64,000 bases of DNA, from contig OZ244070.1 of assembly GCA_965215605.1 (NCBI GenBank), positions 2,656,001 to 2,720,000 of the forward strand, read 5' to 3'. The notes under the pieces were generated by a model that ran no database searches, was not told the DNA's origin, and saw only the letters and a program-made list of their open reading frames with translations. The position numbers and the translations under genes are program-made. Source of the stretch: an uncultured Candidatus Binatia bacterium. GTDB taxonomy: Bacteria; Desulfobacterota; Binatia; UBA9968; JAJDTQ01. Position 1 is the stretch's first letter. Each line of letters begins with the position of its first letter. Below, piece after piece: positions 40,355 to 49,707 of this stretch.

Positions 40355-41659
40355 CTACTTCGTTGCGCACGTCCGGAAACCCGCCAGCACGTCCCGCCGA
40401 TCCGGCGTGTAGAAATTCCGCCAGGTGTTGCGGATCAGGTGGGAGCGGGTGGCCCAGCAGCCGCCGCGCAGCACTTTGCGGTCGCCGAACCAGGGCTCCG
40501 AGTATTCCTTGTAAGGGTCCCGGACGAAGCCGGGGTAGGGGTGGAAGGCGTCGGCCGTCCACTCCCAGACGTTGCCGATCATCTGCCGGCAGCCGGCGGC
40601 GCTGTCGCCCGCCGAGAGCGCATCCACCGGCAACCGGCCGCCGCCGGCCCAGTCGAGGTTGCCGTGGGACGGGTCGGGCGGCGCTTCGCCCCAGGGGTAG
40701 CCGCGCTTGGCGGCAGCCGGATCTGTGCCGCGGGCGGGGTCCACCGCCGCGGCCATCTCCCACTCCGCCTCCGTGGCCAGCCGGCGGCCGGCCCAGCGGC
40801 AATACGCCTCGGCCTCGTACCAGTTGACGTGGATCACCGGCAACTCCGCCTGAAGCGGCCCCCACCGGTCGAAGATCCGCTCCAGCCAACGTCCCGGCGC
40901 TTCCCGCTGCCAGTAAACGGGGTGCGTGCCGCCCTCGGCCTGCCGCCAGCTCCAGCCCTCGTCGCCCCACCAACGCGGGTCCTCGTAGCCGTTGTCGTCC
41001 ACGAACGCGGCGAACTCCTGGTTGGTCACCGGGGCGCGGGCGATGCGGAAGGGGGCCACGGTCACCGGGTGGCCCCACTTCTCGTTGTCGAAGACGAAGG
41101 GAAGATCGGGCGTGCTGCCGAGAATGAACTCGCCGCCAGGCATCTCCACGTCGCCGGGGCAGGGGCTGCCCGCCGGCGTCGCGCGTCCGGCGGCGAACGG
41201 CGGCGGGGGATAGCCCAGGGTCTGGCGCGTGTAGGTCATGGCCTCCGCGTGCATGTCCTCGTGGAAGATGACCAGCTTGTGGAAGTAGGTCTCCTCCGGG
41301 CTCAGTCGCTTGGCGGGTAGCTCTTCGGTGATCTGCCGGAGGACGCGCTCCTTGTAGGCGAGGGTTTTCGTCAGCCCCGGCAGCGCCAGCACCCAGCGGG
41401 TGTCATGGTGCACGGCCGCGGAGTCGTAGAGCTCGTCGCCGTTGGCGATGATGGGGTCGCGGCCGCGCAGATGCCGCAGCGCCCAGCGCTCATGGAACCA
41501 GGACACGTGACCGAGTTCCCAGAGCGGAGGATTCACGATGTTCAGCATGGGCACCGTGAGCTGTTCGCCGGAGAGGTCCTCCACCAGCCCCAGGGTCCGC
41601 GAGCGCACCTCTTCCAGGGTGTCCAGCATCTCGCCGGTGGTTACGGTCTTTTCTTCCAT
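40355..41659 (-). CDS. senA: Selenoneine synthase / EgtB-family non-heme iron enzyme (DinB + FGE-sulfatase domains)
   Basis: NPPLWELGH, HEDMHAE iron motif, FDNE, GNVWEWT, PYKEYSEPWF, WRNFY, AGFRT; start reassigned to ATG 41659. Confidence 0.82.
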   Translation of the reverse strand: MEEKTVTTGEMLDTLEEVRSRTLGLVEDLSGEQLTVPMLNIVNPPLWELGHVSWFHERWALRHLRGRDPIIANGDELYDSAAVHHDTRWVLALPGLTKTLAYKERVLRQITEELPAKRLSPEETYFHKLVIFHEDMHAEAMTYTRQTLGYPPPPFAAGRATPAGSPCPGDVEMPGGEFILGSTPDLPFVFDNEKWGHPVTVAPFRIARAPVTNQEFAAFVDDNGYEDPRWWGDEGWSWRQAEGGTHPVYWQREAPGRWLERIFDRWGPLQAELPVIHVNWYEAEAYCRWAGRRLATEAEWEMAAAVDPARGTDPAAAKRGYPWGEAPPDPSHGNLDWAGGGRLPVDALSAGDSAAGCRQMIGNVWEWTADAFHPYPGFVRDPYKEYSEPWFGDRKVLRGGCWATRSHLIRNTWRNFYTPDRRDVLAGFRTCATK

Positions 41660-41663
41660 GATG

Positions 41664-42812
41664 CTACCGGAGCGCGCGCTCCAATCTCTCCCGCCACGGC
41701 TCGAATTCCCGGCACCACCCTTCGTTACGACGGGCCAGCAGGTAGCCGTGGGCGGCTTCCAGCGCGGCGCGTTCCGGCTCGGGCAATGTCGCCGCGGCGT
41801 CGGCGTCCGCGTCCCTTTCACAGAATCGCCTGAGGGCGCGCCAGTGGTCCAGGTTGACTTCACCGAACCGCTCCATCACGGCCGTCTCCCAGCTCGCCTC
41901 CGGGTCGTAATCCGCCGGGGCCCGCGCGTAGTCGAAGCAGGTGGCCATGGGAACGAAGCTCAGTTCTTCCTGCAAGAGCGGGTTGGCCAGGTGCGCGTGC
42001 ACCCGTTCCGGCAGCCGCGGGTCCCGGCCGGTGAGGGGTCCGATGTGCATTTCGTCGGCCATGGTGAGATCGTTGACCGGGTAGTTGTCCCAGAACAGCA
42101 GCCGGTGCCCCATCCTGTCGCCCATCTCCGCCATGTGGTCCAGGGTGACGCTCGCCGGCACCACCTTGGGCCCGGTCCAGAAGCAGGGCACCTGCGCCGG
42201 CAGGTAGCGCCCGACGGTCTCGGGGAAGCCGGTCTCGAACTCGCCGAAGACCCGGGCCAGCAAGGGGTCGGGGGTGTAGTACGAGGGGCAGAACCACCAC
42301 TCCGCGTCCCAGTCCGCGGGCTGTCGTTCCAGCACCGCCTCCAGCCAGAGGGACTCCGCCTTGGCCAGGCTGCCGTCGAACCTCCTCACGTCGCCGGCGT
42401 CCGTCAGGTGAGAAGGGATGTCGTCGAACAGCACCGCGAAGGTGTGCACGCCCCGGTCGTAGAGCCGCGCCGCCTTGTCGAGCAGAACCCCCACCGGTCC
42501 GGCGGCCGTGAAGCACAGGTCCTTGCCAGGGTGAAAGCCGTAGACGAAGTCGATGCCGTGGGCCCGGGCCGTGTCGATGAGCCCGCACAGCTCCCGCCAC
42601 TGCGGCTCGGGGTAGGGGAGTTGCCAGCGCTCGCGGTGGTAGGGGTCGTCCTTGGGCGCGTAGAGGTAGGTGTTCATGCCGCGCGCGGCGCCGAACGCGA
42701 ACATCGCCGCGCGGTGCGCCATGCTCCACGGGGGACCGAAGAAGCCTTCAACGATCCCCCGCCGCTCGAATGTCGCTATGGATTCAGTGTCCTGTCCGAC
42801 CGGGGATTTCAC
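41664..42812 (-). CDS. GH84 beta-N-acetylglucosaminidase (O-GlcNAcase-like), no signal peptide
   Basis: RGIVEGFFGPPWS, YLYAPKDDPYHR..W, catalytic LFDDI, CPSYY, WTGPKV, WDNYPVND; GTG 42812 overlaps the upstream stop. Confidence 0.88.
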   Translation of the reverse strand: MKSPVGQDTESIATFERRGIVEGFFGPPWSMAHRAAMFAFGAARGMNTYLYAPKDDPYHRERWQLPYPEPQWRELCGLIDTARAHGIDFVYGFHPGKDLCFTAAGPVGVLLDKAARLYDRGVHTFAVLFDDIPSHLTDAGDVRRFDGSLAKAESLWLEAVLERQPADWDAEWWFCPSYYTPDPLLARVFGEFETGFPETVGRYLPAQVPCFWTGPKVVPASVTLDHMAEMGDRMGHRLLFWDNYPVNDLTMADEMHIGPLTGRDPRLPERVHAHLANPLLQEELSFVPMATCFDYARAPADYDPEASWETAVMERFGEVNLDHWRALRRFCERDADADAAATLPEPERAALEAAHGYLLARRNEGWCREFEPWRERLERALR

Positions 42813-43933
42813 TGGCCCGTGTTGTAGAGCCGCGCGCAGTTGTCCCAGAGGTACTTCCGCTTGGAATCGTCGGAGAACGGCATCTCCAGGAAAGTATCCA
42901 GCGAGTGCGGATACTTGACGTCCAGGTGCGGATAGTCGGTGGAGAACACCACGTTGTCCTCCAGGCCGAAGTCCGGGATGTACTTGGCGGTGATCTCGTC
43001 GCATTCGACGGCGCCAAAGCACTGGCGCTGGAAATACTCCAGCGGCTCGAGCTTGAGGTCCGGGTACTCGGCCTTGCCCACCGATTCCATGTAGTCCCCC
43101 ATGCGATACAGGAGCCACGGGAGCCAGGAGCAGTTGCCTTCCAGGAAGGCCACGCGCAGCTTGGGGAAGCGCTCCATGACGCCGCCATAGATCATGTCCG
43201 CGCACGCGAACATGTTGGCCAGCGGAAAGCTCAGGGTGTTGAACATGGAGAACGACGGAATGAACTGAGAGATGGCGGGCTGGGGCTGGTAGACGCGCCC
43301 GGCTTCGTGGAAGCCCACCGGCACGTTCAGGTCCTGGCACACCTCCCACAGCGGATCGTAGTAGGGGTCGCTCCAGCACAGTCCGTTGGTCTGGTTGGGG
43401 CGCATGAAGACGCCCCGGAAGCCCTTTTCGTTCACCGTGCGCCTGGTCTCGGCCACCGCCGCCTCGACGTTCTGGGGCGGCACCATGGCGACGCACACCA
43501 TGCGCTCGGGCGCGGCTTGCGAGAAGTCGTAGAGCCAGTCGTTATAGGCCCGGGAAATGGCCGCGGCCAGCTCCGGGTCGAGGCCGTCGATGCCGAGCAC
43601 GAAGAGGCCGCGGGTGGGGAACAGGAACGCCACGTCGAGCCCTTCCTTGTCCATGGCCATGACCTGGCTGACGCCGTCGAAGTCGCGCGCGGCCACGTCG
43701 GCGTATTTCTCCTTCAGGGTGCTCAGGCGGTAGTCCCTGAGGCCCGGGTTTTCCGGCCGCCTCGGGATCGGCAGGATCTTCCCTTCGACCTCCACGCCGA
43801 GGTCCCGGAAGTCGCGTTGCAGGCCCTTGGGCGCGCGGTCCTTGAACTCCGGATCGATGTAGCGGTCCCACAGGTCATGGGGCTCGAACACGTGCATATC
43901 GGAGTCCATTGCCTTGAAGCCTTGTTTCGCCAT
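42809..43933 (-). CDS. Amidohydrolase_2 family protein
   Basis: DSDMH.FEP, AYNDWL, ERFPKLRVAFLE, FSTDYPH; GGAGG RBS. Confidence 0.88.
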   Translation of the reverse strand: MAKQGFKAMDSDMHVFEPHDLWDRYIDPEFKDRAPKGLQRDFRDLGVEVEGKILPIPRRPENPGLRDYRLSTLKEKYADVAARDFDGVSQVMAMDKEGLDVAFLFPTRGLFVLGIDGLDPELAAAISRAYNDWLYDFSQAAPERMVCVAMVPPQNVEAAVAETRRTVNEKGFRGVFMRPNQTNGLCWSDPYYDPLWEVCQDLNVPVGFHEAGRVYQPQPAISQFIPSFSMFNTLSFPLANMFACADMIYGGVMERFPKLRVAFLEGNCSWLPWLLYRMGDYMESVGKAEYPDLKLEPLEYFQRQCFGAVECDEITAKYIPDFGLEDNVVFSTDYPHLDVKYPHSLDTFLEMPFSDDSKRKYLWDNCARLYNTGQ

Positions 43934-43999
43934 GTCTGCCTCCTCCGCAAACGAAATTGGCCCCCCGGGCGGGGCGGCTTGCGGTGCCGGAATGCCCGA

Positions 44000-44028
44000 A
44001 TCGTAGGCTGTTGCCGGTGGGCTGTCAA
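44000..44028 (-). promoter_or_regulatory. Putative sigma70 promoter for amidohydrolase-GH84-senA-(senB)
   Basis: Minus strand TTGACA-17 nt-TACGAT, ~65 nt upstream of ATG 43933. Confidence 0.6.
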
Positions 44029-44090
44029 GCGGGCACCCGGCTCTCCCGGCATGCCGAGAGCGGGGTCGAAGCCGGGCGGTCGGGTTTGCG

Positions 44091-44888
44091 CTAGCGCCAC
44101 CGAAGCATGGTCTTCTCCGCCTTGCCGATGAGCCAGCTCACGGTCAGGCCCATGATGGACAGCAGCGCGGCGCCGGCTATGAGCTCGTCGGTGGCCATGA
44201 GGTTGCCGGCCAGCAGGATGTAGGCGCCGACGCCGAACTCGGCGCCGATCATCTCGGCGGCCACCAGCAGGATGATGGCGATGGAGGTGGAGATGCGGAA
44301 GCCCGACAGGATCGCCGGCATGGCGCCGGGCAGGATGATCTTGCGCACGATGGAGAACCACGTGAGGTCGAACGACTGGCCCATGCGGATCAGGGTCCGG
44401 TCCACGTTGTCGACGCCGCCGTACACCGAGATGACGGTGGGAAAGAACGTGCCGAAGAAGATGGTCGCCACCTTGGATTCCTCGCCGATGCCGAACCAGA
44501 TGATGAAAAGGGGCAGCAGCGCGATCTTCGGAATCGGGAAGATGGCGGCCACGAACGGGACGATGCCCGCCCGGGCAAGGGAAAACAGTCCGGCGGCGAA
44601 GCCCACCAGGAGGCCGGTGACGGTACCCAGCGTCCAGCCCAGAAGCAGGCGCTGGAGGGACGCGGCCAGATGCAGCCAGAGTTGGCCGGTCTTCAACAGG
44701 TAGAAGAGAGCCGCGATGGCTTGGCTGGGCGCGGGCGCCATGAGATCGCTGATCCAACCGGCCCGGGAGGCGATTTCCCAAACGCCGATGAGCGCCGCGA
44801 AGACCAGCGGGCCCACCACGCCCACCGGCCTGGGCTGGAAACCGCCGCCCCGATAGGGCACCGGCGAGCCGCCGGCAGCCTCAGACAT
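44091..44888 (-). CDS. NitT/TauT-family ABC permease
   Basis: PIPKIALLPL..IWFGIGE, ILPGAMP.I.SG.R, LVAAEM. Confidence 0.9.
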   Translation of the reverse strand: MSEAAGGSPVPYRGGGFQPRPVGVVGPLVFAALIGVWEIASRAGWISDLMAPAPSQAIAALFYLLKTGQLWLHLAASLQRLLLGWTLGTVTGLLVGFAAGLFSLARAGIVPFVAAIFPIPKIALLPLFIIWFGIGEESKVATIFFGTFFPTVISVYGGVDNVDRTLIRMGQSFDLTWFSIVRKIILPGAMPAILSGFRISTSIAIILLVAAEMIGAEFGVGAYILLAGNLMATDELIAGAALLSIMGLTVSWLIGKAEKTMLRWR

Positions 44889-45648
44889 GGACGATCTCCT
44901 GGTCCGCGGCCAGCGCCTCTTCCCGCATGAGCTCCCAGAGATAGCGCTGGCGGTCCCACAACATGCCGGACTGCCCCTTGCGCTCTTCCAGCGGCACGTC
45001 CAGCTCCACGACCTCGCGGATGCGCCCGGGCCGCCGCGACAGCACCACGATCTTGTGGCCGAGCCGGACCGCCTCCTCGAGGTTGTGCGTCACGTAGCAC
45101 GCGGTGAAACGCTCGCGCAGCCAGAGGTCCAGGAGGTCGTCGAGGAGCAATTCCCGGGTCTGGCCGTCCAGTGAGGACAGGGGCTCGTCCATCAGGAGAC
45201 AGGCCGGCCGCACCGCCAGCGCCCGGGCGATGGCCACCCGCTGCTTCATGCCTCCGGAGAGCTGCTTGGGAAAGGCGTCGCGGAAATCCGAGAGCTTGGT
45301 CCGGGCGAGGACGTCGTCGATGATGGCATCGGCCTGGCCCCGCGAGAGGCCGTGCCTTTCCAGCACCAGGGAGATGTTGCCGGCGGCCGAGCGCCACGGC
45401 AGCAGGGCGAAGTCCTGGAATATGTAGGTCAGCGGATTGAGGCTGTCGGGCGGCGGCGGGCTCATCTGCCGGACGGCGCCCCGGGTCGGGCGCTCCAGCC
45501 CGCCCAGGAACCGCAGCAGCGTCGACTTGCCGCACCCGGACGGTCCGATGATGCAGACGATCTGCCCCGAGCCGATACGCAGGTCGATGTCTGTCAGGAC
45601 CTCCGTCCGGCCATACCAGTGGCTGATGTTGTCGACGTGGATGTCCAT
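44881..45648 (-). CDS. NitT/TauT-family ABC ATP-binding protein
   Basis: GPSGCGKST, FQDFALLPW, LSGGMKQRV, VTHNLEEA. Confidence 0.93.
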   Translation of the reverse strand: MDIHVDNISHWYGRTEVLTDIDLRIGSGQIVCIIGPSGCGKSTLLRFLGGLERPTRGAVRQMSPPPPDSLNPLTYIFQDFALLPWRSAAGNISLVLERHGLSRGQADAIIDDVLARTKLSDFRDAFPKQLSGGMKQRVAIARALAVRPACLLMDEPLSSLDGQTRELLLDDLLDLWLRERFTACYVTHNLEEAVRLGHKIVVLSRRPGRIREVVELDVPLEERKGQSGMLWDRQRYLWELMREEALAADQEIVHV

Positions 45649-45711
45649 CCACTCACCGCGCCCCGCCGGGGAGGAAAGCCGCGCCGCTTCCCTCCCCGAC
45701 GGGTCCCACCG

Positions 45712-46746
45712 CTACTTCTTCACGAAGCTGGTGTCGATGTAGTCCTCGGTGGTCAGCGACTTCGGGGCGAAGCCGTGGGTCTGGAACCACGCCAGTTGCC
45801 GCTTCAGATCGGCAATGTCGAGGGCGGCGTCCTCGGTCATGTAGACAGCGCCCGCCTTGATGGAGGGCGCCGCCTTTGCCCGCGGCCGGGACGTGTAGAC
45901 ATACTTGTGAATGACGTCCACCAGGGCCTCGGTGGCGGCGGGGTCCTTCTTCTGGTCGAGCATGACCGCCCGGTAGTCGGCGATGCCCTTGCGGTAGGCG
46001 CCAAGGAAGCGCTCGACCTTGCCGCGTTGGTTCTTGACGTTGTCGGTGGAGGTGAAGATCGTCGTCACCTGGTAGCTGCCCAGGTCACGGATCCAGCCGA
46101 TGATCTTGGCGGCGCCGGCCTTGCTGAGCGGAATCGCCACGTGGGGCACCATGGCCATGGCGTCCACCTGGCCCGATTTGACCGCTCCGATCATCGCCGG
46201 GACTTTCTGAAGCGGCTTGACCTTGACGTCGGCGAGGCCGAACCCGTGCTTGGCGCCGATCATGCCGATCATGTAGTGGAAGGACGAGCCCTGCTGCGTC
46301 ATGGCCCAACTGCGGCCCTTGACGGCTTCGGGTGAGGTGAGCCCTTCCTTGTAGGCCTTGTTGGAGGCCATGACGGCCATGCCGTTGTGCTTGGGGTCCT
46401 CGGTGTAGAGGCCGCCGATGACCTTGAGCGCGCCCTTGCCCGCGAGGTTGTAGAAACCCCCGGTGAGGGCGGTGACGCCGAAGTCGATGTCACCCGAAGC
46501 GATGGCCACGGCGATGGGCTGGGCCGCCTGGAAGAACTTGAGCTCGACGTCGAGACCTTCCTTCTTGAAGTAGCCCCTTTCCTTGGCGATGAACGTGGGC
46601 GAATGCGAGGTGAAGCGCAACGCGCCGATGGTGATCTTTTCCGCCGCGGCCTCGTTCGCCCACAGGGCGGCCAGGCCGAGCAACGCGATCCCGGCGAGGC
46701 TGCCCGCGGACCATCGCCACCCCGTTTTGTCGGTTCTCTTGAGCAT
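45712..46746 (-). CDS. NitT/TauT-family ABC substrate-binding protein
   Basis: Signal peptide, IAKERGYFKKEGLDVEL; AAAGGAGG RBS before ATG 46746. Confidence 0.88.
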   Translation of the reverse strand: MLKRTDKTGWRWSAGSLAGIALLGLAALWANEAAAEKITIGALRFTSHSPTFIAKERGYFKKEGLDVELKFFQAAQPIAVAIASGDIDFGVTALTGGFYNLAGKGALKVIGGLYTEDPKHNGMAVMASNKAYKEGLTSPEAVKGRSWAMTQQGSSFHYMIGMIGAKHGFGLADVKVKPLQKVPAMIGAVKSGQVDAMAMVPHVAIPLSKAGAAKIIGWIRDLGSYQVTTIFTSTDNVKNQRGKVERFLGAYRKGIADYRAVMLDQKKDPAATEALVDVIHKYVYTSRPRAKAAPSIKAGAVYMTEDAALDIADLKRQLAWFQTHGFAPKSLTTEDYIDTSFVKK

Positions 46747-46827
46747 CTGAATCCTCCTTTGTTGGAACATGAAAGGCTGTTGTTGCCGCCTTCCCCTGGA
46801 ACAGGGACGCCAGAAAGCATCGTCATA

Positions 46828-48102
46828 TCACGAGAATCGGAAAACTTCCGCACGGTCCAGGATGGCGCCTTGATCGGCCAGCGCCCGGCGGACGTCGGCG
46901 GCTTGCCAGAGGCTTCCGTTGGCTGCGTGGGCCGCGGCCACGCCGGCCGCATGGCCGGTGGCGAAGGCCGTGCCCATGACCCGGATGGCGGCCCCCGCGA
47001 GCCGGTCTCCGTCCGCGACCCGGCCCGCCGCGAACAGGTTCGGGGTGTCCCGGCTGGTCAGACAGGACAGCGGAATGTCGTAGGAGAGTCTTTCCGGGGG
47101 GTAGTCGTAGGTGCTGGCATAGGTCTCGCGGTCGTGCCACTCCGCGCCCCAGGCGCCCAGCGCGATACAGTCGTCGAAGCGCTTGCTCTCCTCCACGTCC
47201 CGCCACCTGAACTGGCGGACCGACTCGATGTGCCGCGATTCGCGGGTTCCGAACTCGTGTCCGGTGGCCACCAGGTAGGCGCCCTCGCAACCCGGGATGG
47301 TGCGAATGGCCTTGAGATAGGTCCATGCCTGCTTTCGTCCGTTACGTTCCGCCCTGGAAAGCGACAGAACATCCCGCGGGTCATAGTCTTCGGAGACCAG
47401 GTAACACGCCAGATCGCCGGAATGCGGCAGGCGGGCGATAACGCCGCGTTCCTTGGTGACGAGCTTGCGGTCGGGTCCCAGCCGTGCCACCGCGGCCGCG
47501 ATGTCGTCAGCCGTGACCGTCACCTCGGCGGGTATGCCGCCGAAACGCGTGCCGAGGCTTCCGAGATTGACGCCGTCGTGATTGCCGTAGCGGGTGCCGG
47601 CGCCGGCGTGGACCGCCAGACACCCTTCGCCGGTGCAGTCGACGAACGCGGCGGCGCCGACTTGATGGAGTCCCGCATGGTCCGCCACGGTCACGGTCGT
47701 TATCACGCCGTCCTCGCGGTCGGCGGCCGCCACCATCGTGCCAAGCATGACGGTCACCCCGGCCTCCTGACATATATCGTCCAGGACCACCTTCACCGCC
47801 TCGGGATCGAATACCGCGAAGACGCCGCGAAAGCGGAACGGCCCGGTGATGGCGTTACGCTGTTTGAGGCGGCCTACGACCTCGCCGCCGACGCCGCCCA
47901 CCACCATCTTCGGGTGTTCGTCCAGCGTGTACAGGCCGCAGTACGTCAGGACGTTGCGCATCGTCGAGGCCCCGCCCAGGCAGTAGTAGCGTTCAATCAA
48001 CAGCGTCCGCGCGCCGCTTCTCGCGCTGCCCACCGCGGCGCCGACTCCCGCGCTGCCGCCTCCCGCGACGATCACATCGAAACGTTCTTTCGCTTTTTCC
48101 AA
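46828..48102 (-). CDS. FAD-dependent oxidoreductase
   Basis: DVIVAGGGSAG, FVDCTGEG, GTRESR, YDIP...L, NLFAAGR, RVMGTAFATG; start uncertain (TTG 48102 proposed). Confidence 0.82.
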   Translation of the reverse strand: MEKAKERFDVIVAGGGSAGVGAAVGSARSGARTLLIERYYCLGGASTMRNVLTYCGLYTLDEHPKMVVGGVGGEVVGRLKQRNAITGPFRFRGVFAVFDPEAVKVVLDDICQEAGVTVMLGTMVAAADREDGVITTVTVADHAGLHQVGAAAFVDCTGEGCLAVHAGAGTRYGNHDGVNLGSLGTRFGGIPAEVTVTADDIAAAVARLGPDRKLVTKERGVIARLPHSGDLACYLVSEDYDPRDVLSLSRAERNGRKQAWTYLKAIRTIPGCEGAYLVATGHEFGTRESRHIESVRQFRWRDVEESKRFDDCIALGAWGAEWHDRETYASTYDYPPERLSYDIPLSCLTSRDTPNLFAAGRVADGDRLAGAAIRVMGTAFATGHAAGVAAAHAANGSLWQAADVRRALADQGAILDRAEVFRFS

Positions 48103-48372
48103 TGGGGCCTCGAATCGCGTGCTTGTGGAGGGTGACAAGGTAATGGCTGGGGTGCCGGAAGTCCAGTCGCCGGGAAGCGCGCAGGCTGTCGTGGAAGGAC
48201 GGTTGCCCCTCCCCGGCAAAAGCCCTATTCTGGAATGGCTCGAATCAGCGTGCTTCGAACCGGCTGGACTGCAGGGAACCCCTGTCGTCAAATGTTCACG
48301 GACTCCTGTTTCCCCAAATCCGACCATCTGTACAACAACGACATGGCACCCCCCGCCCCACGCCTTCATTTC

Positions 48373-49707
48373 ATGACGCGGATGGCCGTAGCGGCCGGCT
48401 GCCTGCTGACTCTCTCCCCGTGGGTGATCGAGGAGGCCCGCTCCCAGCGCTGGGGGGCGCGCCCGACGGCGGTCAAGACGGCGCCGGTGGTATCGAAGGC
48501 GATCCCCGAGGAGGTCTCCTTCATCGGCACCATCGAGCCGAATGTCGCCACCACGGTAGCCGCGGTGATTTCCGGGGGGGTGGCGGCGGCCGGTTTCCGG
48601 GAGGGCGACGCCGTCACGGCGGGCAAGACCATTCTGCTCGAGGTCGACCGGGGCCGTCGGGAGATCGCGTTACGGGAACGCACGGCCGCGGTGACGCGCG
48701 CCAAGAAGCAATGGGAGAAGGTAAGGGAGGGATCCCGCTCGGAGGAGGTGGCGCAACGGGTTGCCGGGGCCAAGGAGCAGGAGGCGCACCTGCGGCACGC
48801 GCGGCGCGACCTGGAACGCGCCCGACGGCTTCACGACAACCAGCTCATCAGCCTCGCGGAGTTTCAGAAGGTCGAGAGCGATTACGTAGCCACGCGGGAG
48901 AAGTTCGGCAGCGCCGAGGCCGCCTTGAAGCTCACCCGCTCCGGCGCCCGGGCCGAGGATATCGCCATGGCCGAGGCCGGGCACGAGGAAGCCCGGGCGC
49001 GCCTGGACGCGGTGGCTTACGAGATCGACAAGAGCACGCTGCTGGCGCCCATCTCCGGGTTCATCGTCAAGAAGCACGTGGACGTGGGCGACTGGGTGAA
49101 CGCGGGCGAGCCGGTGGCGGATCTCGTGGACCTGGATCCGGTTTTTGCCGCCGGGCCCGTGGGAGAGCGCAAGATCGCGCTGCTGCGCGCGGGCCTTCCG
49201 GCCACGGTGACGCTGGACGCCTTCCCGGACGAGGTCTTCGCCGGGGAGGTGGCCCGCATCGTTCCCCAGGCGGACACGCGCAGCCGCAGCTTCCCGGTGA
49301 AGGTCCGGCTGTCCAACGCGCGCGGACGGCTCAAGGCCGGAATGCTGGCGCGCGTCGTGGTGATCGTGGCCAGCGGCGAGCCGAGCGTGCTCGTGCCCAA
49401 GGACGCGGTGGTGCGGCGCGGGCCGGACGAGCTGGTCTTCGTCGTGTCGAACGGCCAGGCCAGGGCGGTGAAGGTCAGCACCGGGCGGGGCTACCGCGCG
49501 CTGCTGGAAATCGCCGGCGGCGACCTCAAGCCCGGCCAGCGGGTGGTGACGCTGGGCAACGAGGTGCTGCGGGACGGCGCCAAGGTTCAGTTCGGCAACG
49601 GGGCCAGGCCCGGAGGGATGCCGGGTGGACGACCCGGGGGAGGACCGGGAGCGAGGTCCGGCCCGCCTGGGGCCAAATCCGATTCGAGGCGGGATGGGAA
49701 TCGTTGA
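48373..49707 (+). CDS. RND efflux periplasmic adaptor (MFP)
   Basis: Long coiled-coil hairpin, APISG, G..V..GEP, LKAGM, VPKDAV; Gly/Pro-rich tail; start approximate. Confidence 0.88.
   Translation: MTRMAVAAGCLLTLSPWVIEEARSQRWGARPTAVKTAPVVSKAIPEEVSFIGTIEPNVATTVAAVISGGVAAAGFREGDAVTAGKTILLEVDRGRREIALRERTAAVTRAKKQWEKVREGSRSEEVAQRVAGAKEQEAHLRHARRDLERARRLHDNQLISLAEFQKVESDYVATREKFGSAEAALKLTRSGARAEDIAMAEAGHEEARARLDAVAYEIDKSTLLAPISGFIVKKHVDVGDWVNAGEPVADLVDLDPVFAAGPVGERKIALLRAGLPATVTLDAFPDEVFAGEVARIVPQADTRSRSFPVKVRLSNARGRLKAGMLARVVVIVASGEPSVLVPKDAVVRRGPDELVFVVSNGQARAVKVSTGRGYRALLEIAGGDLKPGQRVVTLGNEVLRDGAKVQFGNGARPGGMPGGRPGGGPGARSGPPGAKSDSRRDGNR

Noticed and set aside
40355-41659. Calling the gene egtB or ovoA
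   Set aside because: It has HEDMH rather than HEQQH, no C-terminal methyltransferase, and sits next to a SenB-type glycosyltransferase, all favouring senA
39244-43933. Selenocysteine read-through or a SECIS near the selenium genes
   Set aside because: No recognisable gene is interrupted by an in-frame TGA, and the 40240-40339 hairpin is intergenic and REP-like
49600-49680. G-rich stretch as a DNA structural element
   Set aside because: Explained by the Gly/Pro-rich coding tail of the RND adaptor
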